NCBI RefSeq assembly: GCF_009914755.1 | Contig: NC_060931.1 | Length of the DNA stretch: 64,000 nucleotides | Direction: 5' to 3' (one strand) | DNA from: the human T2T-CHM13v2.0 reference genome, Homo sapiens | Part shown: positions 1-14,640 of the stretch, piece by piece | How the letters are laid out: every line of letters starts with the position of its first letter | Position numbering within the stretch: the stretch's first letter is position 1 | Made by a program: the position numbers and the translations under genes | Notes under the pieces: model-generated | Told to the model about the DNA's origin: nothing | Seen by the model: only the letters and a program-made list of their open reading frames with translations | The model's database searches: none

Positions 1-216
1 CCATCCTGGCTAACACAGTGAAACCCCGTCTCTATTAAAAATACAAAAAAATAGCTGGGCCTGGTGGTGGACGCCTCTATTCCCAGCTACTCGGGAGGCT
101 GGGGCAGGAGAATGGCATGAACCCGGGAGGTGGAGCTTTCAGTGAGCCGAGATCGTGCCACTGCACTCCAGCCTGGGCGACAGAGTGAGACTCCGTCTCA
201 AACAAACAAACAAAAA
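1..216 (+). mobile_element. AluY (5' part outside the window)
   Basis: AluY-type motifs CCATCCTGGCTAACAC and GAATGGCATGAACCCGGGAGGTGGAGCTT; ends GAGACTCCGTCTC followed by an (AAAC)n tail. Confidence 0.93.
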
Positions 217-431
217 CCACTAAATTTTACTAGCAGTTTTAAGTTTTCTTAATTCAACATTAGCTTGGTTGATGTAAACCTTTGACTGCTTTTTAGAGTC
301 ATGACATACTTGGTCCTGAAAGTTTTTGAATTTTTAAAAAATATTTCTGTAGAAAAGTTAAAGTTTAGAGGAGCTGCTTACTATACCATTTCTCAGACAC
401 AATTCTTCTATACTTAGTTATTTGAAAATAA

Positions 432-791
<360 letters not shown>

Positions 792-2689
792 TGACTTCAA
801 ATTTTTTAAGCTCACTGAAGGCATAATATAAACTTGTTAACTTAATTCTTTATCCTTAACAATACAAGTGAACGGGAAGATCATTATGATACCTATAATA
901 ATTAAACAATATTAAACATGTCTCAAGTACAATAAAGTTCCATTTATGAAATAACTTTCTGGTTTTAGATTTTGAGAAAAGCCCTAGAATTTAACAGCCA
1001 TGTGCTCAGCATGTTGTTTTCTATGTTCCTCAACTATAGTGCAAAGAACATACAAGAAAATAATTAATTTCTTACTAATTAAATACATTTTAAAGCATGC
1101 TTTTCTGATTACTAAGCCTTACGCATTTCCTATTTCCCCTGAAAATGAGAGCCACATTAAAGAAAAAAAAAATAACAAAAGAAGATACATTGAAAAATAT
1201 ATACTGGTTAAATATTAATCCAGATATTATTTAAGGTGTGGATACGTTTACAAGTTATAGGGTGTTTTCCACTGCATCTACCTGTGCCTATTACAAACAT
1301 TCTAATCAATCGTTCCAAGTGATTTATCTGTCACAGCTCCATACCAATTCTTCCAGGAAGTGCTCGTGGGCAAGTGGCATAACAAGGTTAGAGAATAGTG
1401 GTGCCTGTAACTGTGTGTCAGCATAAACTGGGACAAAAGCTTGAGGGTTTGGAAAACTTATCTTTCACAGAGCAAAATATATCAGCATAAACAAATAACA
1501 CCAAAGTCAATTTTTTAAATGATTACAAGACTAAATGTTTTGCAATAAGTGATAGAAATTTCATGGGGATTTCAAGTTTACTAAGTTAGAGTATTCATTA
1601 TCGAGTTTAGTAGAAACTGTAACTTCAAAATGTTATTTTTAGTTTTGGTTCAAAATTAGAATAAAGTTCTAGGAGTTAATTTGCATGTAGATGAATGTCA
1701 TATAAAAGTGCTCACTTAAAAATAATCCTTATCCTTATATTTTGACATATTCACTTTTAATTCCACGTTTTCAAGAGATTATCTGTGAGCTTTTGCAATA
1801 GTCAAAGGCTGTTTGAATAACTGACTTTTGTTGGAATCATACCACTTGTGATCAGATTATAAGTGTGGCTTTTCTGTGGCTTAAAAGTGCTTTTGGTCTT
1901 CCTAACTGAATTCAGAAAAAATTATATTTTATGAATTTCTGGGTATATTTGTGCATGCATACATAACGTTTTTAATCTATTTTTGATAGTTTTGAATTAA
2001 AAAATAATGTGAATTTATATAAGGTTTGATTGAGAAGAAATTAAGGCTATTATTTCAGCTTTCATCAAAACTAATAACCTTTTCTAATTTAGACCTTTAC
2101 AAAATTATCATAGATTAGTGGAAAGTGGGAAGTAAGTGATGGAGTGTCTATCAAAGGCAGCATTTGTGCTACATGACTGAAACTGTTATGTCATATTGGA
2201 GGTAACTTTTTAAAAGACTAAAATTGAACGTGATTTGAGAGGGCCAAAATGGTCTCGTTGCCTGGGCATTCATTCTTACATGTGTGAGCCCCCAGAGCTG
2301 GGGGCAGGCATATGTTATGTGATCATAATTGGTAGTTGTCAGATATCCACTGTACAGAGTAAATTGTACTTCAAAATTGGTAGCTTCAAACTGTGACACA
2401 AAGATAGCAAAATATCATAAACGCTTGATCCTACAGTTGTTTTACTGTGTGTTAAAAAAAAAACCATATCTGACTGTGAGAAAGTTTGTGATAGCTTGAA
2501 GCAAAATATAAATTCTTTTATATTTAATATAACTAAGATATATAAATATGTTAATATTTATGTATACTATATGGGATATCTGTGCCCATATATAATTTAT
2601 TTATATGTAAAATACAAACAAATACCTGAAAGAGACATAACCCAAGGACTAGATAATTTTATTTTATTTATTTTTTTGTTATGATCAAT

Positions 2690-3205
2690 TTTTTATTATA
2701 AAGGTTACAAAGCCGTACAGCTAAATGAAGAGATGTATATTGATGGGTAAGGTTTGCGAGGTTCCAAACACAAAGTTTTCCAAACACAAAGCTTCCGTGT
2801 CCTCAGGATGTTTCATGCTTGCAGCACACCGATGTGTGATTACCAGTCAGGGAAGTTCACTCAGGCTTTCAGTGTCCACAGCTTTTATTGAGGTTTCTCT
2901 ATGTAGCATCATTGGTTGAATCATCAGCCATATGACAGAACTAAATCTCCAGCTCCTTTTACCTCATTGGAGGTTAGGAGGTTGGGCTGATACCACATCG
3001 TGCAAAACCCTAACCCTCTATTCATCTGACTGGTCTTTTTGACATGGCCAGCCCAATCCTGAGTCATCTCATTAGTATAAATGACCTAGGAGTCTGCCAT
3101 GAATCATCTTGTTAGCATACACTATCAGTGATCTGAACGGCTCATCATGAAAAAAAAGACACTCCCGTCACTCAGAGAATTCCAAGGGTTTAGAGGCTCC
3201 CAAGG
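2690..3205 (-). mobile_element. MER21-family LTR fragment
   Basis: Resembles the reverse complement of MER21 (TTTATTATAAAGG...AAATGAAGAGATG; GAATTCCAAGGGTTTAGAGGCTCC). Confidence 0.7.
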
Positions 3206-3769
3206 CTTCTGAGATGGAGTTGAAGAAGAAAATACTAGAATACAGGACTTTCTTTTTGTAGGATGTTTAATTCAAACTTAATTAGTATTTTTTTAAGTAG
3301 AATTAAGAAACAAGAAAGGTAGCGGAGCAAAGAAAGCGTGAGGAGCAGAAGACAGAGCATCCTGAAGGAAAACAATGACCGCCTGAAGACAAAACACAGG
3401 AACTCTTTGAAATTTTTAAAGCTCAAATTCCATGTATAAACAGATCTCCCTTTACTCAACTCTAAACTTTCTTCCTTTCACTAACTGCTCTTCTATTTGC
3501 TGAGAATTTTAAAGTATGATATCTTTAAATCATTTCTAAATTCCAACACAGTCCATGATGTAAACACTGGCAAAACACAAACAAACTGTTTTAATTTGGT
3601 TTAAATTTGTGTAGGCCACCCACTGCTACCTCAAGCAGCAGGGATGGAAGTATGGAGGAAATGAAGTAGAATTAGTACATTTGAAAGTATGAATCAAATA
3701 TTTCCCAAAACAAAGTCCAACAATACAAATCTTTGTTTATAGTTGCATGATTAGTAGTTTCATGTGTGT

Positions 3770-4180
3770 TGCTGTGTACTGAATTTCATCCTTGCATCAC
3801 TCATATGTTGAAGTCCCTACCCCAGATATGACTATATCTAAAAATAGGTCATTTAGAAGATAATTAAGGCTAAATGAGATGATAAAGTTAGGATCCTGAT
3901 CGATAAAATTGATGTACTTATAAAAAGGGACATCCTAGCTCACTTGTGCTCACTCTTTCTCTTCCTCTCTCTCCATCTCAACACACATGCTTCAAGGAAA
4001 GACCCAAAGAAGGTGGCTGTCTGCAAGCCAAAAGGAGAGCCCTCACCAGGCCAGGCACCAGCCCTGTTGGCATCTTGATTTTGAACTTACTTACCTCCAG
4101 AACTATGATGAAATTATGTCTGTTGTTTAATCTGCTGGGTCTGTGGTATTTTATTATAGCAGCCTGAGCAAACAAATCAA
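3770..4180 (+). mobile_element. MaLR solo LTR (MLT1A/B-like)
   Basis: CATATGTTGAAGTCC..., GCAAGCCAAAAGGAGAGCCCTCACCAG, CCTCCAGAACTATGA, TGTGGTATTTTATTATAGCAGCCTGAGC. Confidence 0.85.
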
Positions 4181-6497
4181 ATGTCCAGTGGATTAATATA
4201 TCAATTTAATCTTTGTTTTTCTTCTCTCCCACTGATCATAGCCTAATGCATATAGTTTAACTATGTTCCTTATGGAACGTGTACTAAATCCAAGTTGTAT
4301 TGATAATGCTTCATGTTCATTTTAAGAATGAAACATTTTATTTAAAAAAACTATACAGGGCTGGAGAAACAATGAGATTCTAATCCTGGTTCTTTTGCTA
4401 ATTAACTCTGAAGATTTGCACAATGAATTTAGCTTCAAACCCCAAAATGACTGCTTATGGTCTGTGTCCCTTTTGATGATTTTACCAGCCCATAGTGTAC
4501 TAAAGAAAATGAGAGCCACATAGTAATATTTTCATAACTACAACAGGTATTGATACTTACCCTAATTTTTGTTTTAAAATAACCTCCATATATAGATGGT
4601 AGGGTTTGTTTGCAATTATTGTGGTTTTTGACAAAATTTAAAAAATATATTCACATGATGCTAGTTTCTCTTTCTATGTATTCATATAAATATGTACATA
4701 CTTATATGCATGTGTACATTTTATATAAACATATGCACACACATATGTGTATGTATGTGTGTTTATTTATGAAATATAAAATACTTAAATTGTTTAAACA
4801 TATCATGTGTTGCATTTATTAAACAAAAAAGTGAATGTATGGAATTAATGACCACTAGGTTTCTTCTAGTTCTGAAATTCTGCAGTTTGCAAAAATCACA
4901 AATATTAAGGTAATTTCTGAATTCAGTCTTTACAAGACTCTTGAAAGCTTCCTCTGAAAGAGTGTTTTCAAATGACTTTCAGGTTTGAATTATTTTCTTT
5001 TACTATAACAAAATGTTTTATTGTATATTATCTGTTTACACTCCATTTAATAAGCAGACAAGAATTCATTGGGTTCTTACTGCATGACATACATTAGAGG
5101 AGAGCTTGGTATGTTTTGTTAACACTGCATTCTTCACACAAATATTTTAGGAAATGGTTTTCATTCTCATTTTGTAAATGAGGATACTTAAGCCTGGCAT
5201 ATTAACTCATTCTGGGTTTCACTACTTCCACTTTAATTTCATTATTCTTTAGAGTACGCTATACCTGCCAGTGACTTAAGGCAAACAACTTAGTGGTACA
5301 CAAGTGATTACTATTTTTTTAGGCATTAAGATTTTCAAAGCTCTATAGAAATGTTTATTAGAATAACAGACTATATTCTCAACCACCAACTCTCTACCTG
5401 GATAATAACATGATGATGATAGAAATAACTTATTGATTGATCTCTTCCAGACTATCAGTGTCCCTTACAACAATATGAATTCCATAAATTCAACACTATT
5501 TTGGTGTAGTAACAGAAGTGCCAAGTGAAGCATGTACATATAGTTGATTGTAACAAAACGTTTTTAATCTAAAGTTCCCAGGGTGTTTCCATTTTTAGTT
5601 TAATTTTGCTCATATATTTGCATCCTTTTAAATGATTAGTTGGCAAAATCAATTCTGTAAATTGTGACAAAAGAATGAATAGATCAACCATAACCGGAGA
5701 TACCTCCCTCTCTTATTTTTTTTTCTGTATCCAAATATAGGCAATGAATAATCACGATATAAATTAGAGGGCCAGGTTATGCATAACTGTAACCCTAGTA
5801 TGGTGTCAGGATAGCCATTAATTTCTGCAGTTACTAATGGAATGCCAGTCAGTGTGGAATGCATCTGAATAAACCCAAAGAAGTAAAAAATATTACCTAT
5901 ATATATTGCATTGTGATATGGCATCAATGAAGAGGATCATGAAAAATAAAGTTCATTAGCAAATTCATCTTTATCTTTGAAGATTAAACAGTGAATAAAA
6001 GAAATATTACCATTACAAAAATTACTCTGTTTGATACTTGGCATGCTTTTCTTATTCCACTTATATCTATGCAAACAAAGTCATTTACAATGCTTCTAAT
6101 CTGATGGGATGCAGTGAAGTATGACGTGAAACATTGTCAGTTCCAACAAATCTCCACAAAGAAATAAGTTAATGTTGACTGATACTGAGGGCATCAGTAG
6201 CTCACTGTGGGTATGAATATATTTGTACAAATTATAGAAGGCATCAACAAGGATAATAAATATAATCTACAACATTCCATATGCATTACCCACCTCATAT
6301 TGTTGTGGAACATGTCTATCTCATGCTATTTTGTAGATATTTTAAAACTTATTTTAATTTAATTTTTAGCTGTTTTGAATAGAACCCTTGAGGGTAAAAA
6401 ATGTGATTTTATAATCAGAAATTCCAGTCTCCTGAAAATTAGAATAATAGAAAAATATTACGGAGTAAGAAAAATGCCTTCATTGGAATTTGACCTT

Positions 6498-6785
6498 GTC
6501 AGTAGATTAATGACAAGCATAAATTGCTTGTTATTTCTCCCTATGAGAGACGCAGTTTAATTCTGAGCTGGCCTTAGCGATTTCCTTGGTCAGTATAATT
6601 GGAAAGCATGATGTTCTGATACTTTTGAGACTAGGTTGTAATAAAGCCTTTTATCTGGACCTCTTGGAACAATTGTTCTGGGGAAAGCCAGCAACTATAC
6701 AAGAGGGCTGAGACCTTTGTGTCTCAGAAACCAAGGCATGTGGAAAGGCCTTGGAGAATGAAATCTCACAGAAAGACACACACAC

Positions 6786-6822
<37 letters not shown>

Positions 6823-6839
6823 AAAGATCTTTGAGGTGA

Positions 6840-6870
<31 letters not shown>

Positions 6871-7102
6871 CCAAAGATCTTTGAGGTGCCAGATATGTGA
6901 CAAAATAAGTCACCTTGGAAATGGCTAATCCAGCCCCAGCCACCCCGACCGACTGATGCCACATGAATTAGTGGTCAAGCTATTGACAGAGCCCTGCTTG
7001 AATTCTGGACCCGTAAACTTATTAGTAAAATAAAATGATTATTTTACGCCACTACTAGTTTTGTTGTTGTTGTTGTTTTTACAGTAGTATTTAACCAGGA
7101 CA
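6498..7102 (+). mobile_element. MaLR solo LTR (MLT1G/H-like) with internal (GA)n
   Basis: CTGAGCTGGCCTTAG..., GAGCCCTGCTTGAATTCTGGACCC, end TAACCAGGACA. Confidence 0.65.
6790..6888 (+). repeat. Two copies of (GA)n-CCAAAGATCTTTGAGGTG
   Basis: Read directly; the unique 18-mer occurs at 6821 and 6871. Confidence 0.95.
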
Positions 7103-7229
7103 GACTTCATAATAATGTCTTATTTGGGTTTCATCCTTGCAAAGTCTTACAAAGCCTTGCAAACATCCATCCCTATGGGAGTCATATAAACTTAGAGACA
7201 AAAAGCATGTTTAATGTTCACGTTGTTCA

Positions 7230-7350
7230 ACATCTTATAGATGATGAAAATGAGAGCAAGACAAACGAGGTGACTTAAGCAAATTCCCTTGTCATTTGGT
7301 AAGCACCAGGGCTGGAGCAACAACATAGATTCTTGGGTCTGGCAGATCTA
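7230..7350. mobile_element. MIR fragment
   Basis: TTATAGATGATGAAAATGAG...GAGGTGACTTAAGCAA resembles the MIR core. Confidence 0.5.
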
Positions 7351-7989
7351 TTTTCATTCACTTCAAAGTTTATCAAATGATTTATTTAATACATACACAC
7401 ACACACATATTCTAGGACTTCAATATTTTTGTTCATCTGATAACTTCTTGAGAAAACATGCAAATTTTTAAATACCTTTTTAAATAAAGAGACTAAGTGA
7501 GTTGGTAAAATTAGATCAACCAAGATGAAAAGATAGTGTTCACAGTGCTTTATTGTAGAATCATTCAATTTATATTGACTATTTGGTAATTTTGAGCCAA
7601 ATTAAATTAAGGTTAATTAGCAATTTGATGATTAATAATGCAATAATTTATGTTGGATTTTAAGAAATAAAGTTATCATAAATGGGGCAGCAGCAAATTA
7701 TCTGTATGGAGGCAAACATGTATTTTTGGTGTAAAAAACAGAAGTATGTTAAGTAAAAGGTCATCAGAAGACAGATGAGAATAGGCTTGGGGCCTCTCAG
7801 GCTAAAAGAATCACAAGTGCAAAGGCAATTACAAGTCAACTAATCTGATATATTCAGAAAATCATAAGGAATTTAACACTGCTATCTCATATAATTTAAA
7901 CGAGGAAGATGGCAAGGTGAGGAGAGAATGAACAGTGATTTGAGTATTAAGTAACCTGTAAATGTTTTTAAGCAGATTATATATATATA

Positions 7990-8392
7990 TAGTTGATCTT
8001 AAAGTTAGAGAGATCACCTCAGTGGTTAGGTGGAGAAATCGGTATGAAAAAGGAAAGCCTGGAGGAAGGATGCCCAATTAGGTGGCCATCAGCAGACTAC
8101 ATTCAAGAGGTACTTGAAGTGAGATGGTAACAACTGGATAGAGAAATAGAAAATATCTGAAAAATAAGATGTAGAAATTACAAGGAGATGGTGACCAACT
8201 GCATGAATGGTTGGGATTAAGGAAAGGGATGACTCCAGGATAATGCCCGGACTTACGGTTTAAAAGTTTTGTTGGATGAGTAGCTCCAAAAACACCCACA
8301 AGGAATGTGAAAACAAAGAATATTTAGAAATAAAAGGGGTTCAGTTTCAGATATGGTGGTTTTTATATGTCTATGCACATATCACGTGGCTA
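7990..8392 (-). mobile_element. L2 fragment
   Basis: Purine-rich, with GTTCAGTTTCAGATATGGTGGTTTT...CACATATCACGTGG resembling antisense L2. Confidence 0.6.
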
Positions 8393-9591
8393 TTTCTCTT
8401 TCCATTGTAAAGCCTTTTTCCAACTCTCATCCCCTGAAAAAAGCCAATCAATTTATTCTTTCTACAAGCTCTGTTTCTCTGCATACTTCTATTTGTATCC
8501 ATTAACAATTATCAAAATACATTCTAATTAAATATATATGTCAATATGCCCTCCTGTATTACCAGTTCTTGAAGGTTAGAGACGATGTCTAACAGCAAGT
8601 AATATTTAGTCATTCGGCCAGGGGGTAAAGTAATTACATGAAATAATAGCACAGTAACTCTCTCCTGATTTGCCCTCCTACGACTTACACAGCTCCATCT
8701 AGAGTCCTCTTGCTCCAAAAGCAAATTCTTAGAAACACCTGAAAAACTACTGTTTCCCCATTTCCACATGGCCAGTATGCTCCCAGTACTTTTTGCCATT
8801 CACTCTATTTTCCTCCCAGGATCTTATTCATCCTCACAGCTCCTACATAGCTATGTGTTCAGAAAGATCCACAAGATGACTCATCTGTTTCTCTCTCAAC
8901 AGACATCTTTGGCAGTTTTCCTTCCTGCTATCTCACAGTTACAGCAACTCCTGGGATTAAATATATTTGAACATGCAGATTATAGACTCTAGTATATCCC
9001 GCTTTAGGTTATCTTTGTTATACGAGTTTGATCCTATTTGTTTTTTTCACCAAAGTACAAGTGCATTTCTCACCCAGACAAGCTTCAGAATGTGTTGAAG
9101 TTGTATCATACATTCTTATCCCTCAAGCTCAAGACAGCTGTGGGAGACTTTTAAAATCCTTTTCTAAAGAAAGTTTGAATTGTTATCTAACTATATCTGT
9201 ATGCTTAACCACTTCTTCCCCTTTGCTGAGGTTGTGTGAACATGGGAAAAATTAGCAAGAACCACTTTTTACAGAGTAGCTAGGATATAAGGAGGTAGGA
9301 GGCTTTGGCCATGCATCCACAGATTCAGAATTTATCCAGGATCCATTAATTCACATATATATTGAACTCTTTCATTCTTATTATTCACCCTAGTCAATAT
9401 TCATTTGGATTTTCTCTCTTTACTCATTCCATTTGTACTGATGACCTGATCTACCAGCCATTACTTTGTATTTCAATGAATAATGCTATCTCTCATAACA
9501 GATGACCCACAATCTCACATTTTATAATAATCTCATGTACCAGCATCATCATAACAATTATTTCCAGTTTACTTAAAAAAACTTTACCATT

Positions 9592-9940
9592 TGTCTTCAT
9601 CTGTTCGGGCTGCTATAACAAAATACCATGTTCTGAGTGATCAACAACTGGTCTAGAGACTGGTTGTAAACAACTGAAACTTATTTCTCACAATTCTGGA
9701 GGCTAAGAAGTCTAAGATAAATGTGTCAGCAGATACAATGTCTGGTAAGGCAGAGTTACTCATGAACAGCTCTTCTCACTCTGACTTCATGAAGGAAGGG
9801 GTGCAGGATCTCATTGGAGGCTCTATCCTCATTACCTAATCACCTCCAAAAGACCCCACCTCCAAATACCATCACATTAAGAAATAGGTTTCAACATATG
9901 AATTTGGTGGGGGCGGGGGGACACAAACATTCAATTTAGA
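9592..9940 (-). mobile_element. MaLR solo LTR (MLT1A-like)
   Basis: GGGCTGCTATAACAAAATACCA, TTATTTCTCACAATTCTGGAGGCT, CCCCACCTCCAAATACCATCACATT, GACACAAACATTCA. Confidence 0.88.
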
Positions 9941-12900
9941 GAATCATCCATTTAACCATTTCCAACCACTCTTTACCTCTTGCCCCACTCTCATCTTCAC
10001 CTCTGGTAGGTTACAGATTTCTTTCTAACTTTCAACTATTATTTAGTTCCAAAGGTGAATATGCAGATGTATTTTAAGATTTTCTACTTATTCTTTGTTA
10101 CTTATTATTATTAAATACTTAACATTAACTAAATGTTTGACAAAACTTAAATGAATGAAGAGGTTCAAATTGCCCCACCAGCTGGTTCTGAAACTGGGCT
10201 CTTTTTTTGCCATATGCCTCAAGGGTGTCACCTTTCACCCCTTTTATAGATGTTTTCTCCGTGTTTTTTATATCTCTGGACACAAGTTTCAATTGCTAAA
10301 TCCTCCCTTTATGTGGCAGGAGATTAATGACCTGTTGCTGAATTCATCTCCCTTGACTAGGATTCTACTCTCTCATCCGATCTAAATGACTGCTTAGATT
10401 CCCTCCAATGGCAAATGATCACAAGTGTATGGTTATAATTCATCAACCCGCCAGACTCTGTTACTTACCTGTGAGCTTTCTTTTAAATATATCAAATCTT
10501 GGCATATCTTTATGCTTATTTCATTTTGCCCATCTGGCGATTATGCTTAACCTGCCATCCAGACATTTTCTAGCTTCCAGTACTTGAATGTTTTCTATTT
10601 GCCTGTTCTACCAGCTATTATTGCCTCAAGCTTTTTTTACCTCCTCCTCATGCCATGTCTTGTCTCAGTCTACACCAAATCCTACTTCTAACAACATGCA
10701 CTGCCTACTTTTCCATGTTGAAAATCATATTTTCAAGTAAAGCTTCAAAACTAAGCAGCAATAAGTAATCCCAGAAGAAGATTATAGATAATAATTTGAG
10801 GATATTGTTTTGTTTTATTTTGCTTTGGACACAATGAGTCAGAGTTCAAACTTACTTTAACTTTTCTATCACCTCAGCTTCTATAATGTTAGGTAGCACA
10901 TAGAGAAACACACACACACACGTTATACCCACAAATTTTGCTTCAAAGTGGAGGCAAGAAATATGTTTAAATTAAGTCATGGAGGTGAATTTTTCAAAAC
11001 AAGTGGTCAATTTTCAGTGTCAAAAATGCATTCTCTTTTCTCTGAGCAGTGCTGACCCCATACAAGATGGATATTAATGCATAAGAGCTCCGAAATTTGA
11101 TCAAAACTCAAACATTATTGGTAAGCCTTATGAAAGATTTCTCATTTTATAAGAGGATTAAACAATGAGGAGAAACATACACATATGTGTACACATGCAT
11201 GCACACACACACAAATAGGCTGATTTGGAGATAATATTTCATTGCATTTTTATTTTGTTTTACTGTCTTTTTTTCTACTTGAATATTATTATCTATAAAC
11301 AAACTTTAAAGTGATTATTTGCTTATCATCTAGGAGTTCATTTTTTAATAAAGTGTGAATTTGGCTAAACCATATGACTGTAATGCCTTTATTTCCTTAT
11401 CTGTAAAATTAGGTAGTAATTTAGGTCTTCTCTCTGCATGTAAAGAATATCTGAATTATTTTATTTTGATAGCATCATTCAATGACTGATTAATGCATAC
11501 TTGTGGGAAAAAAGTGTTGTGTTCAGGATTTTTAGGACAAGCTATTTTTATGCAAAGTTCACAGTAAAGTGTGATTCCTTTTTATGATTAATTTTAAAAA
11601 ATGAACTGTAGATCTATTCAAAGTGAAGACTGTTATGTTATTTTTTGAGTTATCAAACTCTCTTAAACTCTGTATATATTTACGTCAGTAAAATAAACTT
11701 ATATTTCACTTGAAATACTGTTCTAGATCCAACTAATCCCAACTTAAAAAATAATTACCAAGACACCCATAATCAATTATCCAATATCTAGTATCTAAAT
11801 AAGCTGCAATACATGAAATTTTAGCCAAATAAATAAATAAACATCAGTTATGTATTAATTTAATCCACTATTTTTTGTTTGGCCCATCATATTAGCTAAC
11901 AATAGCTATTTAATTATGACAAACCACATAAGTCATCCATCAGATAAACTGATTAATAACGATTACTGGTCTAAATTAATCTAAGAAGAAACATGTTTGA
12001 GGCCACAAAGATGCCTTGGGAATGACAATCAAGCAAGGAGCTAGTACATAAATGTTCATTCCAGTTGTAGTTGCTTAATGGATACATTAATACTTAAAGA
12101 ACCACTCTAGAAAATAAACTGTGAAAAACATCATCATAAAAATTAAATGTTTTATTTCTAAATATATGCTCTTGTTACTATTGAAACTGACAACCAGCCT
12201 GGAAGCAATTAATTTTTTCAACCACATTTACCAGTCAGGCAATACCATAACTTCAGCAGTCATAGAATAAACTGCTGTAATAATTATTCAATCACTTAAA
12301 ACATTTTTAAAAAAATATTGTTTCATAATATACCTGATCTAAACTAGCATTAATATGTTGTGTCTGTAATATCATTCAAAATCCAGATAAATAGATGTTT
12401 CAGATGGAAAATAAACACTTCATTATCAGCATTAGGGTAGATCGAACTTAGTTAAATTAAGGAAAAATTAAGTCTTAGGGAAACAAAGAGATTATAGATT
12501 ATCTTAAATTAGACTTGAAACAAGACACAAGGAAAGCAGCCATTCTCTTCTATTACATTATTTGTTAATATTAATAACAGCAATATTATTATTGACACAA
12601 TCATTTACATATGAAGTCTATGATTTCATGAGCTTCATAACAACCTTGTCAAATAACTATGAAATAACATGATGATGGTCATTACCTTTATTTTATAAAG
12701 CACAATTAAGATAATTTAAAGCATTTTCTTCAAAGTGCAACAATTTTCAACAACTTGTAAGTAGTAAAGTCAGTGTATGTACCTTTTACAAGCCCTATAT
12801 TTTATTATATGTAAAAGAATATGTCATTATTAATATTTCAATGTCTAATGTAAGTACTTACATTATGTTATGTGACAAAAAACTAAGCATTGAAGTATTG

Positions 12901-13204
12901 GATGAGTTCTAATTTTAACAGTATTACTGTGATAAGTTCAATCTGTTCCCTCTCCCTCATCCCCAACTTAGGTATACTTACTCAAGTGTGGAGAAAACAC
13001 TTACTGAGTACATGCTAAATGTTTAGCATAGGTCCTGGCATATTTATCTCTCTCATTTAATCTAAAAAAGCCTTTAATGTCAGTTTAATTTTAAACAAAT
13101 TTAAAATATACATTGTGCACAGGTGGTTTTCACTATTTTTGTATATTTGATACAAAAAGGGTCTAAATAAATGTGGAATGTAACACCATAGTAATTAGCA
13201 ATAT

Positions 13205-13716
13205 TGTGATTCAAGTATAAGTCCCAAATCATCAAAGAGTATTGAGCCAGCTTGAAGGAACACCTAAGAAAAATGTTAGTCATAGAAGCATCTGTAGCTG
13301 TTCTTCCCAAAGAGGTTCTCAGGATGTTTAGGATTTACTTATTTTTCTTTTGAAAAGTGGTGACAGCAGTGAGACAAATGATTGCATGCTAGTGAGACTT
13401 TAGTTAATTCCTAGTAAATCTACATTTTACATAAGGTAAGCATTTGAAGAAAAAGAGAAGAGAGGAAGGAGAAGTCTTGAGATGGGTTAAGAGAATCATT
13501 AATCTAATCTTGTCTTTGCTCTGCACCTGGGAAGATAAGCTAGCAGTTTTTTGAAAGCGCTGGTTTCTTTTTAGCCCTCAGGGAAGAAGACCTCATGGCA
13601 ATCTCCCAACCCAGGCTGACTGTGCATTCAGCTTCCAAGGTTTCCCTGGGGTTCCCTGAGCTATGAGGGGGTCTGTTCAGTCAGTTGGAGACTAAGAATT
13701 TTATTTTTATTTCTCA
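13205..13716 (-). mobile_element. ERV1 MER4-group solo LTR (MER65/MER67-like)
   Basis: AGTAAATCTACATTTTACATAAG and terminus GAGGGGGTCTGTTCAGTCAGTTGG...ATTTTATTTTTATTTCTCA. Confidence 0.7.
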
Positions 13717-14124
13717 TATATGAGAAAATATACTTAATAGCATAGATTCTGTTTGCGTATTTAATTTTGGGCATAATTATTGTGAAACAGTTTATAGTAA
13801 TAGGACATTTTACATAGTATTTGGCTTAAAAAGAAGATCATAAAGATAACTTATTTGGAGAAATATTCTTGGGAAATTATTTAGCTTCTCCAAAGTCATT
13901 CCTTAATTCTATGAAGCACTTATACTATTATCTTAGTTTCTGAGATGTTCTCTTTTTCAGACTTTATCATACCTAATGCTGAGATATTCTTCTGTTTTCA
14001 GTGCCTTTTGGTAAAACTTGAGTACCTCATAGCTAGCTTCATTTTAGTCAACTTTATGATATCTTGCATTTTTGAATCACTAGAAACTTTACTTTGCACA
14101 TTATTTGAGTGGATTTTTAAAATT

Positions 14125-14640
14125 ACAAATTAATAAAAACTATGTGTCTGGCACTGTTCTAGGCTCAGTGGTGAAAAACACAGTATTCTTCAAACAAGTT
14201 GAACATATACTGTATTTGGGAAAACAAATAAGAAATGAATGAATGAATGAACTGACTAATCAATTTATAAGATAAACTTAAATTACTGTAATTGCTATGT
14301 AAAAGTATTATAGTAATACAACTGAAATTGATGAGCAATGAGTAGGATTGCTGCTTGGGCTGCAGGCTTAAGGTAAGATCTACTGAGTTTCGAGTGAAAT
14401 GATGGGTTGAAGCAATTCCTTTGAGGATCTTAGGGTATAGCATTCTAAATGTAGAGACTGGCTAGTACAAAAGGCTTTAGATGGGAGTATGGTTGCTCTG
14501 TATGCTAAAAAGAATGAAGACAAGTGTAAGTGAGCTATACAGAAAAGGAGGTTTGGGAAATTAGGTTTGAGAGATTATGTAGAATTTGGTTGGCATAATA
14601 AGAAATTTGTATTTCGTGCTGGTTAAAATATAAAAGTTTG
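14125..14640 (-). mobile_element. L2 3' end (first piece of a long interrupted L2)
   Basis: CTATGTGTCTGGCACTGTTCTAGG, the typical antisense L2 3' end, then purine-rich L2 sequence. Confidence 0.7.
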
